64,000 nt of DNA, taken from NCBI GenBank assembly GCA_003021085.1, contig PXRE01000005.1:3433-67432 (forward strand), written 5' to 3'. Below the pieces are notes generated by a model, which saw only the letters and a list, made by a program, of their open reading frames with translations, made no database searches and was not told where the DNA came from. A program made the translations under genes and the position numbers. The stretch comes from Halobacteriales archaeon QS_1_68_20 (GTDB taxonomy: Archaea; Halobacteriota; Halobacteria; Halobacteriales; PXRE01). The stretch's first letter is position 1. Every line of letters begins with the position of its first letter. Positions 55,497 through 64,000 of the stretch are shown piece by piece.

Positions 55497-56163
55497 CAGT
55501 CCCCTCCTCGTGCAGGACTCCCTCCCGGAGCTTGTAGATGCGGTCGAACCGGTCCTGCTCGTTGACGAAGTGCGAGATGATGACGATCCCGGTGCCGCTG
55601 TCGACCAGTTCCTCGGTCAGCTCCCAGAAGGCGAGGTACGTCTCCCAGTCGAACCCGGTGTACGGCTCGTCCAGCAGCAGGACATCGGGGTCGTGCATGA
55701 GCGCGATCCCCAGGTTGACCTTCTGGCGATTCCCACCGCTGAGGTTCTCGACGCGGTAGTCGACGTACTCCTCGAAGTCGAGGCGCTCGGCCATCCGCGA
55801 GACGGCGTCGTCGACCTCCGACTCGGACATCCCGTAGCCCCTGCCGAACAGGTCGAACGTCTCCCGAACCGTCAGTCGGTCGTACAGCAGCGTCTCCTGG
55901 GGGCACCACCCGATCCGCCCGTTACGGTCGACGTTCCCGGCGTCGTGGTTGAGGGTTCCGACGAGGATCTTCATCAGGGTCGACTTCCCGCTCCCGTTCT
56001 CGCCGACGACGCCGACGATCTCGCCGGGATACAGGTCGAAGTCGGTACCGGTCAGCACCTCGACGGTCTGGCCGTAGTGCGGTATCGTCGAACTGTAACT
56101 TTTTTCGATGCCACGCGCTCGAATCACCGGGTTGGTTCCTTCGCTGTTCGTTTTATTCGGCAT
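55486..56163 (-). CDS. ABC transporter ATP-binding protein
   Basis: Walker A GENGSGKST, signature LSGGNRQK, Walker B LLLDEP. ATG at 56163; alternative at 56190. Confidence 0.85.
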   Translation of the reverse strand: MPNKTNSEGTNPVIRARGIEKSYSSTIPHYGQTVEVLTGTDFDLYPGEIVGVVGENGSGKSTLMKILVGTLNHDAGNVDRNGRIGWCPQETLLYDRLTVRETFDLFGRGYGMSESEVDDAVSRMAERLDFEEYVDYRVENLSGGNRQKVNLGIALMHDPDVLLLDEPYTGFDWETYLAFWELTEELVDSGTGIVIISHFVNEQDRFDRIYKLREGVLHEEGTDDE

Positions 56164-56218
56164 TGACCGAATATTTCGAACAAAGCACATTAGGCGTTTC
56201 GGGACGTACTAACGGTTA

Positions 56219-56806
56219 ATGAGCAACGGTGCGGAGACGAACGACACCGGCGCGGTCGACGAGGACAGTTCCGGTGCTGCAGACGACCGTCAACCGGAGG
56301 TCGAAGCAGCCCGCCAGAAAGTAATCGGTGCGATGGAGCGGTCCGCGGAGGTGTACGGCCTCAACCGGAGTTACGGGCGGCTGTACGGGATCCTCTACTT
56401 CCAGGACGACCCCGTGTCGCTGGACGAGTTGACCGACCGCAGCGGCTACGCGAAGTCGACGGTGTCGACGGCGATGAAGAAACTCGAACGGCTCCACCTG
56501 GTCCACCGCAGATCCGTGCCTGGCGAGGGCAAGAAGGCGTTCTTCGAGGCCGAACGGGAGTTCTGGCAGGTCATCCAGGAGTTGCTCCGCCACGAGGTGA
56601 AACGCGAGATCGACATCATGACCCGCGCGCTGGACGAGGCCGAACAGCGACTGGAGGCGGCCGAGGACGAGCGGGCCGAGCAGGACCTGGAGAAGGTCCG
56701 GCACCTCGAACGGATGTTCGGCCGGGGCGAACGCCTGGTGAACGTGCTGACCGGGTCGTCGGTCGAGCGGTTGACTTCGTTGCTGGAGCGGTTGCGGCGG
56801 GAGTAG
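56219..56806 (+). CDS. winged-helix transcriptional regulator (GbsR/MarR-like), divergent from the ABC-2 operon
   Basis: YGLNRSYGRLYGILYFQDDPVSLDELTDRSGYAKSTVSTAMKKLERLHLV is the wHTH core; C-terminal coiled-coil-like region. Confidence 0.7.
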   Translation: MSNGAETNDTGAVDEDSSGAADDRQPEVEAARQKVIGAMERSAEVYGLNRSYGRLYGILYFQDDPVSLDELTDRSGYAKSTVSTAMKKLERLHLVHRRSVPGEGKKAFFEAEREFWQVIQELLRHEVKREIDIMTRALDEAEQRLEAAEDERAEQDLEKVRHLERMFGRGERLVNVLTGSSVERLTSLLERLRRE

Positions 56807-56870
56807 GCGGTCGGATTTCTGTGGTGGAATTCGTTCGGGCGCTCCGTTGGGGTAGCTTTGCCGCCGACAG

Positions 56871-57262
56871 CCAGAAAGCCCCCCGCGCTCGACTCGCGCG
56901 GCTCGCTGCGGTCCTCGCTCCTTCCGGTGCTTCCCCCGCGAGAGCGACGCTTTCGCTGGCTCCCGCTCACGTTCGTTCGCGGGAACGTCGCCGGGCGTCG
57001 TCGACCCCGCGGCCCCCTTCAGCCCCACCCGACAGCTCGGGCAAACCACCAGCCTCCCCAGCCGACTGCGCTCCTCACTCCGTTGCGGTGCTCGTCCACC
57101 GGGAGAACGAGTTCTCCCGAGCCTCCGGCTCGCACGGCTCGCCGGAGACACCGTCAGAGCAAGCTCTCCCGGTGGTCCGGCGGCGGGGCTTGGCCCGCCC
57201 CCTACGGCTGGGGAGGCGTGAGGTTGACCCCTAGGTCCAGTGGTCGCTAGCGTTCCCGGTCT
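56871..57262. repeat. composite GC-rich intergenic repeat: family B module (56871..57033) followed by family A core segments
   Basis: 56871..57033 aligns with 42093..42215. cctccccagccgactgcgctcctcactccgttgcggtgctcg matches 14264..14305. ggctggggaggcgtgaggttgacccctaggtccagtggtcgctagcgttcccggt matches 6435..6487. Confidence 0.65.
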
Positions 57263-57346
57263 GACGTACCACAATTACCGATAGGGAATCACTCCCCCCA
57301 ATCGAGAGTGAAAAGGTTCCTGACGCCAGGCCCCGAACCCAGGAAC

Positions 57347-57991
57347 ATGACCACGTCCCCGGAGGACCACGGCGCCCGGTTCGACGAGAAGGCCGACGAG
57401 TACGACGACGACCACCCGCCGGAGTACGAGAACTGCCTGTCGCTCGTGCTCGACCACGCCCGCGCGCGACTCGAGGAAGGCGACGTCGTGCTGGACCTCG
57501 GCGCCGGCACGGGCGCGGTGGCGCTGGCGCTGGCGACGGGCGACCCCCGGCCCGGCCGCGCCGTCGGCAGGGACGTCAGCGAGGGGATGCTCGACCGCGC
57601 CCGCGAGAAGGCCACCGAGCGGGGCGTCGAAAACGTCGAGTTCGGTGAGGGCCGTTTCCGGGAACCGAACTACGACGACCGGGTCGACCTCGTGGTCTCG
57701 AACTTCGCCATGCACCACCTGAGCGACGACGAGAAGCGCGAGGCCCTGCGGGAAATCGCGGACCTCGGCGCGCGGACGGTCGTCCTCGGGGACGTGATGC
57801 TGTTCGGGGAAGCCGACCCGAGCGAACCGTTTTACGACCCCGCGGTGGACGACCCCGCGACCGTGGGCGTGCTGGCGGACGCGTTCACCGACGCCGGGTT
57901 CCCGCTGACGGCCGTCGCCCCCGTCCACGACCAGGTCGGCGTGCTCGTGGGCGAGCGGGTTCCCGACGGCGAGATGCCGGGTGATCGCTGA
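57347..57991 (+). CDS. class I SAM-dependent methyltransferase
   Basis: VLDLGAGTGAV motif I. ATG at 57347 (GTG at 57308 is possible). Its stop overlaps the next start (TGATG). Confidence 0.8.
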   Translation: MTTSPEDHGARFDEKADEYDDDHPPEYENCLSLVLDHARARLEEGDVVLDLGAGTGAVALALATGDPRPGRAVGRDVSEGMLDRAREKATERGVENVEFGEGRFREPNYDDRVDLVVSNFAMHHLSDDEKREALREIADLGARTVVLGDVMLFGEADPSEPFYDPAVDDPATVGVLADAFTDAGFPLTAVAPVHDQVGVLVGERVPDGEMPGDR

Positions 57992-58470
57992 TGCCGACGC
58001 TCCCGAAGCACCTCCGGCCGCGGTGGCGGTACCTGGGGGTCGGCATCGAGGCGTGGCCGGACGCCGACCTCTCGCAGCGGGCGTTCCAGCGGCACCTCTG
58101 GTACGAAGCCCAGAACTTGCTGGGCGACGTCGGCAGCGCCGGGGCGGACCTGCGGGTGCTGACGTTCCGGTACGAGCGCGGTGGCGGCGAAGCGGTGATC
58201 CGGACGCGTCGCGGGCAGGTCGAGCAGGCGCGAGCGGCGCTTGCCTGCCTGGACGAAGTGGACGGCGACCCGGTCGGCCTCCGAGTCCGGGGCGTCAGCG
58301 GGACGGTCCGTGGCTGTGAAGAAAAGTATTTAGGACGCGGACGGGAATCTCCGCAGGAGAGAACAGTCGCGTACCGCGGCGCCGAACGGGACGCCGTCGT
58401 CCGGGGCGACCGGACCGACGTGCGACTCGACGGGCGGTTCGTGGGCGCGACGCATCTCGACCTCGAGTGA
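57991..58470 (+). CDS. RNase P protein component 2 (Pop5/Rpp14 family)
   Basis: LPKHLRPRWRYLGV N-terminus is typical of archaeal Pop5. Conserved position upstream of psmA. Confidence 0.8.
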   Translation: MPTLPKHLRPRWRYLGVGIEAWPDADLSQRAFQRHLWYEAQNLLGDVGSAGADLRVLTFRYERGGGEAVIRTRRGQVEQARAALACLDEVDGDPVGLRVRGVSGTVRGCEEKYLGRGRESPQERTVAYRGAERDAVVRGDRTDVRLDGRFVGATHLDLE

Positions 58471-58474
58471 TACT

Positions 58475-59227
58475 ATGCAGGGACAAGCCCAACAGCAGGC
58501 CTACGACCGCGGGATCACGATCTTCTCGCCGGACGGTCGCCTCTACCAGGTCGAGTACGCCCGCGAAGCGGTCAAGCGCGGCACCGCGAGCATCGGCGTC
58601 CGAACCGAGGAGGGCGTCGTACTGGCGGTGGACAAACGCATCCGTTCGCCGCTCCTGGAAGGCGAGAGCGTCGAGAAGTTGCACAAGGCCGACGACCACG
58701 TCGGCATCGCCTCGGCGGGCCACGTCGCCGACGCCCGCCAGTTGATCGACTTCGCGCGGCGTCAGTCACAGGTCAACCGCCTGCGCTACGACGAACCCAT
58801 CGGCATCGAGACGCTGACCAAGGAAGTCACCGACCACATCCAGCAGTACACCCAGGTCGGCGGCGCCCGTCCGTTCGGCGTGGCGCTGATCGTCGGCGGC
58901 GTCGAGGACGGCCAGCCGCGCCTGTTCGAGACCGACCCCTCCGGCACCCCCTACGAGTGGAAGGCGCTGGCCGTCGGTGCCGACCGCGGCGAGATCGAGG
59001 ACTACCTCGAAGAGCACTACGACGAGGGCATGGAACTGGCCGACGGCATCGCGCTGGCGCTGGAGGCGCTGGCCTCGGTCAACGACGACGGCCTCACCGC
59101 CGAGGGCATCGGCATGGCCACCGTGGCCGTCGACGAGCAGTACCGCGAACTGCCCGAGGACGAGATCAGGGACTACCTCGCTGAACTCGAACTGCTGGCC
59201 GAAGAGGAAGAGGGAGAAGAGGAGTAG
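58475..59227 (+). CDS. psmA: proteasome subunit alpha
   Basis: YDRGITIFSPDGRLYQVEYAREAVKRG signature; 250 aa with an acidic tail. Confidence 0.95.
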   Translation: MQGQAQQQAYDRGITIFSPDGRLYQVEYAREAVKRGTASIGVRTEEGVVLAVDKRIRSPLLEGESVEKLHKADDHVGIASAGHVADARQLIDFARRQSQVNRLRYDEPIGIETLTKEVTDHIQQYTQVGGARPFGVALIVGGVEDGQPRLFETDPSGTPYEWKALAVGADRGEIEDYLEEHYDEGMELADGIALALEALASVNDDGLTAEGIGMATVAVDEQYRELPEDEIRDYLAELELLAEEEEGEEE

Positions 59228-59354
59228 TCCCGCCCAGGGACCCGTTTCTCCGACTTCGACCCGGTAGCCACGGGACCGATAGCTACTCGCGTCAGGTGCG
59301 ACGGCGTCGAGGTGCTGGAACGCCGCCAGCACGGTCGCTCGTCGGCCGTGGGAT

Positions 59355-59386
59355 GTATATGAAAATATGCACATATGTTCATATAC
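59355..59386. promoter_or_regulatory. 32-bp AT-rich nested palindrome GTATATGAA-A-ATATG-CA-CATAT-G-TTCATATAC
   Basis: Read directly. 9-bp outer arms and 5-bp inner arms are perfect complements. Lies in the psmA/DUF1684 spacer, 70-90 nt upstream of the next start. Confidence 0.5.
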
Positions 59387-59456
59387 TCATCGACGGTGAT
59401 CCGGGAGTCCCGCACGAAGCCCTGCGCCGCCAGCAATCGGCAAAACGTTCACGCTG

Positions 59457-60038
59457 GTGGCAGACGAACGGCCGGGTATGGACACCGAGGACTGGCGCCG
59501 CGAACTGGCGGCCGAACGCGAACAGAAAGACGAGTTCCTGGGCGAACACCAGCAGTCACCGCTGCCCGGTGACGCCCGGGCGGCGTTCGAGGGCCTGCCG
59601 TACTACGACCCCGACCCGGACCTGCGGTTCGAACCCTCCCTGGAGGAGCACGAGGACAAGGCCCCGGTGACCGTGGCGACCACTGCCGACAACGACCAGG
59701 AGTACCTCCGGTGGGGGGAGTTCGTCTTCGAAGTCGACGGCGAGCAGCAGTCCCTGGAGGCGTACAGGTCCGACCCGGAGGAGGAGCGGCTCTGGGTGCC
59801 GTTCCGCGACGAGACCAACGGCGAGGAGACCTACGGCGGCGGCCGGTACCTCGACCTGGTCGACCCCGAGGACCGCGCCGGCGACGAGTGGGTGCTGGAT
59901 TTCAACCGCGCGTACACCCCCTTCTGCGTCTACTCGGACCTCTACGAGTGCCCGATGGTCCCCGGCGAGAACTGGCTCGAAGTGGCCATCGAGGCTGGCG
60001 AGAAGGTCCCGTACCTCGACGTCGGCGAGGGCCACTGA
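59457..60038 (+). CDS. DUF1684 domain protein
   Basis: LPYYDPDPDLRF, GGGRYLD, NRAYTPFCVYSDLYECP are characteristic. Alternative ATG at 59478. Confidence 0.75.
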   Translation: MADERPGMDTEDWRRELAAEREQKDEFLGEHQQSPLPGDARAAFEGLPYYDPDPDLRFEPSLEEHEDKAPVTVATTADNDQEYLRWGEFVFEVDGEQQSLEAYRSDPEEERLWVPFRDETNGEETYGGGRYLDLVDPEDRAGDEWVLDFNRAYTPFCVYSDLYECPMVPGENWLEVAIEAGEKVPYLDVGEGH

Positions 60039-60852
60039 CGGCCCGGCCGACCGGTGCCCGGTGGGTCGGGTCGCCCGTCACCGCTCCAGGAACCCCCTGG
60101 CGAGTCGCTGTTCGGCCCGCCGGAGGCGGTAGGACCGAATCACTCATCGATCCGAGTGCCACGGACGACAAGGCGAGTCGCTGTTCGGCCCGCCGGAGGC
60201 GGTAGGACAGCGTCGACCGCGGCACGTCCAGGCGCGCGGCGAGGTCGTCCACGTCGATCTGCCGGGGAATCTCGTAGTAGCCGTGGTCGATGGCGGCCTC
60301 CAGCGCCGCGCGCTGTTCGGGCGACACCTCCGCCGAGGGGGCGGCGAACGGCCGCCAGTCGGTCGCCTGGCCGACGTGGTCGAAGTGGAAGGAGACGTCG
60401 TCGCCGAGGAGTTCGCTCGCCGCCCGGCAGAACGCTCCGGTCCCCGCACCGTTGGGCATGAGGACGCCCCAGCGCGCGCGGTCGCCGGCCCGCTCGTTCT
60501 CGAACACGAGGCCGCCGTCGAAGTGCCGGGCCGCCAGCGCCGGGACCGAGCGCGGCGGGTCGCCGTCGCGGTACCGGGAGTAGATCACTCGCCGACCGTC
60601 CTCGCTGGCGAGCACCTCGGCGTCGTGATCGCCCCCGTCGGCTTCTGGCCGCAACTGCCAGCATCCCCACTCCGCGATGGTCGCTTCGAGGTCCGACACC
60701 CCCGCCGGCGGCCCGTCGACGCGGCGCCAGACCCTGTCGCCGGCCGCGAAACAGACCAGCGACCGCAACGCCAGGTTTGGGTGGTCGATCAGGCAGTCCG
60801 CGAGACGGTCGGCCCCACGTTCGTAGGTCAACTCGAACGTGAGTTCTCGCAT
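59902..60852 (-). CDS. Bat-type (HTH_10) transcriptional regulator with its 3' end altered by a 73-bp duplication
   Basis: C-terminal HTH LEAAIDHGYYEIPRQIDVDDLAARLDVPRSTLSYRLRRAEQRLA. The present frame runs on to 59902 and overlaps the convergent DUF1684 gene by 137 nt. An ancestral stop is inferred at 60078..60080. Confidence 0.7.
   Translation of the reverse strand: MRELTFELTYERGADRLADCLIDHPNLALRSLVCFAAGDRVWRRVDGPPAGVSDLEATIAEWGCWQLRPEADGGDHDAEVLASEDGRRVIYSRYRDGDPPRSVPALAARHFDGGLVFENERAGDRARWGVLMPNGAGTGAFCRAASELLGDDVSFHFDHVGQATDWRPFAAPSAEVSPEQRAALEAAIDHGYYEIPRQIDVDDLAARLDVPRSTLSYRLRRAEQRLALSSVALGSMSDSVLPPPAGRTATRQGVPGAVTGDPTHRAPVGRAVSGPRRRRGTGPSRQPRWPLRASSRRGPSGTRRGPSRRRRGCTRG
60099..60208. 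repeat. 37-bp perfect direct repeat (60099..60135 and 60172..60208) separated by a 36-bp spacer
   Basis: ggcgagtcgctgttcggcccgccggaggcggtaggac is read twice. On the minus strand it encodes SYRLRRAEQRLA in one copy and a shifted frame in the other. Confidence 0.8.
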
Positions 60853-61127
60853 CGCCGTCCCGTACGGTCCCTACGGTAGTAAGCACGAGTGTCGGGCGGC
60901 TGAACGGACGGATTGTCGCACGCCAATCGAAGGCTCATGACCGTCCGCCGGCTAGGTGCGCCGATGGCGAGTGACCACGACCGCGACGGGGGACCCGAGG
61001 TCGGCCCCGATGGCGGGACCGAGGTCGACGGGGGGACGGAGGTGGCCCACGGCGGAGAGACCGACGTCGCCCACGAGGGGTACCCCCGGCATCCGGCGGT
61101 GGCCTCCTCCTGGCGACGGTCGCCGGG

Positions 61128-61770
61128 ATGGCCCGGGAGACGTTCGTCGTCGAGGACTCGCTGTTGCACAACACCTGGCCGTTCCAGGGCGTCGAGCGGA
61201 CGAAACTCGGCGTCTGGATCTTCCTGGCGTCGGACGTGGTGGTGTTCGGCGCGCTCATCGGCTCGTACGTCTTCACCCGGGTCGCCTACGGCTGGCAGAA
61301 CTGGCACCACTTCCTCCCCGCCGAACACGTCGTCCTGCCGGGGCTGATCAACACCTACCTGCTGTTGGCCAGTTCGTTCTCGGTCGTGCTGGCGCTGGTC
61401 GCCGCCGAGAAGCGGAGTCGCGCCGGGGTCGTCACCGGCCTGGTGACGACGCTGGTGTTCGGTATCGGCTTCCTGATCAACAAGGGCATCGAGTGGAGTC
61501 ACTTCCAGCACATCCACACCGAGACGTTCCCCAACGGCTGGTGGGTCGGCACGAACCCCCGCGTCGTCGACGTTCTACCTGACGACGGGCATGCACGCCC
61601 TCCACGTCATCCTGGGCCTGCTGATGTTGCTCTGGATGATCCCGCGCGCGTGGCGTGGCGCGTACACCCGCGGCCACGACGGCGACAAGCCCATCGAGTA
61701 CTTCGGGCTGTACTGGCACTTCGTCGACATCGTGTGGCTGTTCCTGTTCCCGCTGTTCTACATCCTGTAG
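61128..61770 (+). pseudogene. heme-copper oxidase subunit III-like protein with a frameshift near 61560
   Basis: Frame 61128.. is sensible up to ...[12 protein letters not shown] second frame then gives [19 protein letters not shown]...[23 protein letters not shown], stopping at 61768..61770. The break is at a ccccc run. Confidence 0.6.
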
Positions 61771-61988
61771 CGGGTTCTCGGTGAATTCGGATTTCGATGG
61801 TGTTTCTGCCAGTCGAACTGGGATCGACGGCGCGCGTGAGGAACGCGCGCGCCGACCGCACGATCACGATCCCGCAAACTGGACGACCACAGTCGACCAC
61901 AGGGCAGACGGTCGATTCCAGCTTTCGGCCGCCCAAAAACAGTACGCGCGGCGATAATTCTTATTGGGCCGACCCCGCTACACCGCCC

Positions 61989-62804
61989 ATGGGGCTGCTC
62001 GTGGAACTGTCGCTCGTCTTCGTCGCCGGCCTGGTAACTGCGCTGGCGACGGGCCTGGGCGCGATTCCGTTCTTCTTCGCCGAGGAGATCAGCGACCGCT
62101 GGAACGTCGTGCTGTGGGGCCTGGCGTCCGGGATCATGGTGTCGGCATCGCTGTTCGGCCTGGTGCTGGAGGGCCTGGCAGCGTCCAGCGGCCTCCCCGT
62201 CGGGATGCTCATCGGCCTCGGCGCGGGCGTCCTGCTCGTGGTCGTCAGCCACGACGTGCTAGAGGCCACGGACGTCGACCCGCGGGCCTACGAGGAGGCG
62301 GACTTCCGGAAACTCGTGTTGATCCTGGGCATCCTCACCGTCCACAGTTTCCCGGAGGGGGTGGCCATCGGCGTCTCCTTCGCGGACCTGGCGTTCGACG
62401 TCGAGAACGCCGTCCGGATCGGCGGGTTCGCCGTGCCGTTGCTGGCGGTGTTCATGACCGTCGCCATCTCGATCCACAACGTCCCGGAGGGGACGGCCAT
62501 CTCCATCCCGCTCCGGACGATGGGGGTGAGCGAACCGAAGATGGTCTGGTGGGCGGTGTTCTCCTCGCTCCCGCAACCGATCGGGGCCGTCCTCGCGTAC
62601 TACTTCGTCAGTCTCGCCCGGGCGTTGCTGCCGTTCGGCTTCGGGTTCGCCGCCGGGGCGATGGTCTACCTCGTGCTGACCGAGTTCGTCCCGGAGGCAC
62701 TGGACCTCGGGACGGGGCTCCCGGGTGGCGGCCGGCGCGAGTTGTTCGCGGGACTGGCCGTCGGCGTGGCGGTGATGGTGCCGCTGGTGCTCGTGCAGGT
62801 TTGA
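61989..62804 (+). CDS. ZIP family metal transporter
   Basis: ATG at 61989 (MGLLVELSLVF). HSFPEGVAIG and IHNVPEGTAISIP motifs. Confidence 0.85.
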   Translation: MGLLVELSLVFVAGLVTALATGLGAIPFFFAEEISDRWNVVLWGLASGIMVSASLFGLVLEGLAASSGLPVGMLIGLGAGVLLVVVSHDVLEATDVDPRAYEEADFRKLVLILGILTVHSFPEGVAIGVSFADLAFDVENAVRIGGFAVPLLAVFMTVAISIHNVPEGTAISIPLRTMGVSEPKMVWWAVFSSLPQPIGAVLAYYFVSLARALLPFGFGFAAGAMVYLVLTEFVPEALDLGTGLPGGGRRELFAGLAVGVAVMVPLVLVQV

Positions 62805-62894
62805 CGAGTCCGCCAGCCAATTCGCGAGGGATGTCGTACGCCGTCGACCACCCCCGGCCACAGCGTTATCCGGTTCGACGGCCTAGTCTCGAAC

Positions 62895-63491
62895 GTGGCT
62901 GACGACAAGCGAGGGAGACAAGCAAGCGCGTGACGCCCAACGACGCCAGCGGGAGCGCGAGGTGCAGGAGGAACTGCGGCGGCGGGACGAACCGGAACCG
63001 ACGGCCAACGCGGCCGAACTCACCGCACTGGAGGAAGAACTCGACGGCCTGGACTTCCCAGCGACGGGGCCGAGGTCGTTTCGGCGGCCGGGGACCGCGA
63101 AGTCGAGTCGGCCGAGGGAACATACACGGTCGCCGAGTTGGTCCCGGAGACCGACGCGGAGACGTTCGACTCCCCTTCGGCCGTCCGGGTGCAGGTCCCG
63201 CGGCCGACGGTCGCCGGAGCGATGAAGCGGGTCCTGGAAGCCGCCGCGTCGCTCCAGGACGCTGATTTGGGTGGCTCCCGGCGGAAGGCCTACGAGAAGA
63301 CCTTCCGGGAACTCGCGGCGGTCGACGCCGTCGACGAGGACGAGGGAATCGAGGCCGTCGCCGACTGGATCGTCGAGCAGATGCAGGAGGACGGGAACCT
63401 CCCCGGCTCACGAGCGGTGCGCCGCCGGGCGGTGAAGTTCTGCCGGGAGAACGGCTACCGGGTCCGCAACGACGAGTGGCTGGGCATCTAG
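62895..63491 (+). pseudogene. DUF5789-like conserved haloarchaeal protein split by two frame changes (near 62915 and 63068)
   Basis: GTG at 62895 gives (M)ADDKRGRQASA then a stop. The next frame gives DKQARDAQRRQREREVQEELRRRDEPEP...LDFPATG. The third gives AEVVSAAGDREVESAEGTYTVAELVPETDAETFDSP... to 63491. Confidence 0.5.
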
Positions 63492-63576
63492 ACCGGTACC
63501 GACGCCGACCCGTACCCGGCCGGGGCGTTCGGCCGCGCCGGTCACCTATTTCCACCACCCGGTCCAATCACCGGCC

Positions 63577-64000
63577 ATGCGCGACGAACTGCGGGCGGGC
63601 GTCGCAATCTACAACGCCGGGGAGTACCACGCCGCCCACGACGCCTGGGAGGACTACTGGCTGGACCTCGATGCCGGCACCGACGACGAGCGCCTGCTCC
63701 ACGGCCTGATCCAGTTCACGGCCGCCATGCACCACGCCCGCAACTGCAACTGGACGGGGCTGTCCGGCCTCGTCGAGTGCGCCCGCGAGTACCTCGACGG
63801 CCTGCCGGCGGACTACCGGGGGATCGACCTCGCCACGGTCCGGGCGTACCTCGACGCGCTCCACGAGGACCCCGAGTACGTCGAGCGGGTCGCCCCGCCG
63901 GCGCTGACCCACGAGGGGGAAGCGCTGGCGCTCTCGGATCTGGACTTCCCCGCGGCGGCAATCGCCGCGGCGGTGTTCGCGGAGGAGAAACCTGGCTTCG
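63577..64000 (+). CDS. DUF309 domain protein, 3' end outside the window
   Basis: ATG at 63577: MRDELRAGVAIYNAGEYHAAHDAWEDYWL...LLHGLIQFTAAMHH. The frame is open to the window edge. Confidence 0.7.
   Translation, partial: MRDELRAGVAIYNAGEYHAAHDAWEDYWLDLDAGTDDERLLHGLIQFTAAMHHARNCNWTGLSGLVECAREYLDGLPADYRGIDLATVRAYLDALHEDPEYVERVAPPALTHEGEALALSDLDFPAAAIAAAVFAEEKPGF

Overview
High-GC (about 65-70%) chromosomal segment of a haloarchaeon (class Halobacteria). This is inferred from acidic D/E-rich proteins, Orc1/Cdc6, the proteasome alpha subunit, RNase P Pop5, a Bat-type HTH regulator, Tat signals, and leaderless genes about 28-31 nt behind AACGCTTAT-type BRE/TATA boxes. Species cannot be assigned from the sequence alone. 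Most of the window is housekeeping or ordinary accessory metabolism: moaC, rpiA, gpmI, psmA, ABC transporters, SDRs, an M24 peptidase, a MutS-like ATPase, NurA and a ZIP transporter. Two gene clusters are unusual for an archaeon. (1) 43.7-53.6 kb is an AT-rich-spaced island. It encodes two membrane-anchored squalene-hopene-cyclase-like proteins (one with an intact DxDDTA motif, one degenerate), a UbiA prenyltransferase, a divergent PurA-like ligase, an ASKHA/DUF1464-like protein, a nucleoside 2-deoxyribosyltransferase-like protein, an RlmJ-like methyltransferase and two small membrane paralogs. This is my best candidate for an undescribed terpenoid or terpene-nucleoside system. (2) 7.2-12.5 kb is a tightly coupled bacterial-type ACP-dependent module: ACP, KAS II, AcpS, FabD, FabG and two crotonases. 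It has no FabZ, FabI or FabH. Other non-genic structure: a family of GC-rich hairpin/MITE-like intergenic repeats that bracket both clusters; a 33-bp degenerate tandem array; perfect 85-bp and 49-bp inverted repeats shared by the two cyclase paralogs; a 32-bp AT palindrome; and a 73-bp duplication that disrupts a regulator gene. At least 9 genes carry frameshifts or in-frame stops. Many breaks lie at G/C homopolymers, so assembly error and real gene decay cannot be separated here. No rRNA, tRNA, CRISPR array, transposase or integrase was recognised.
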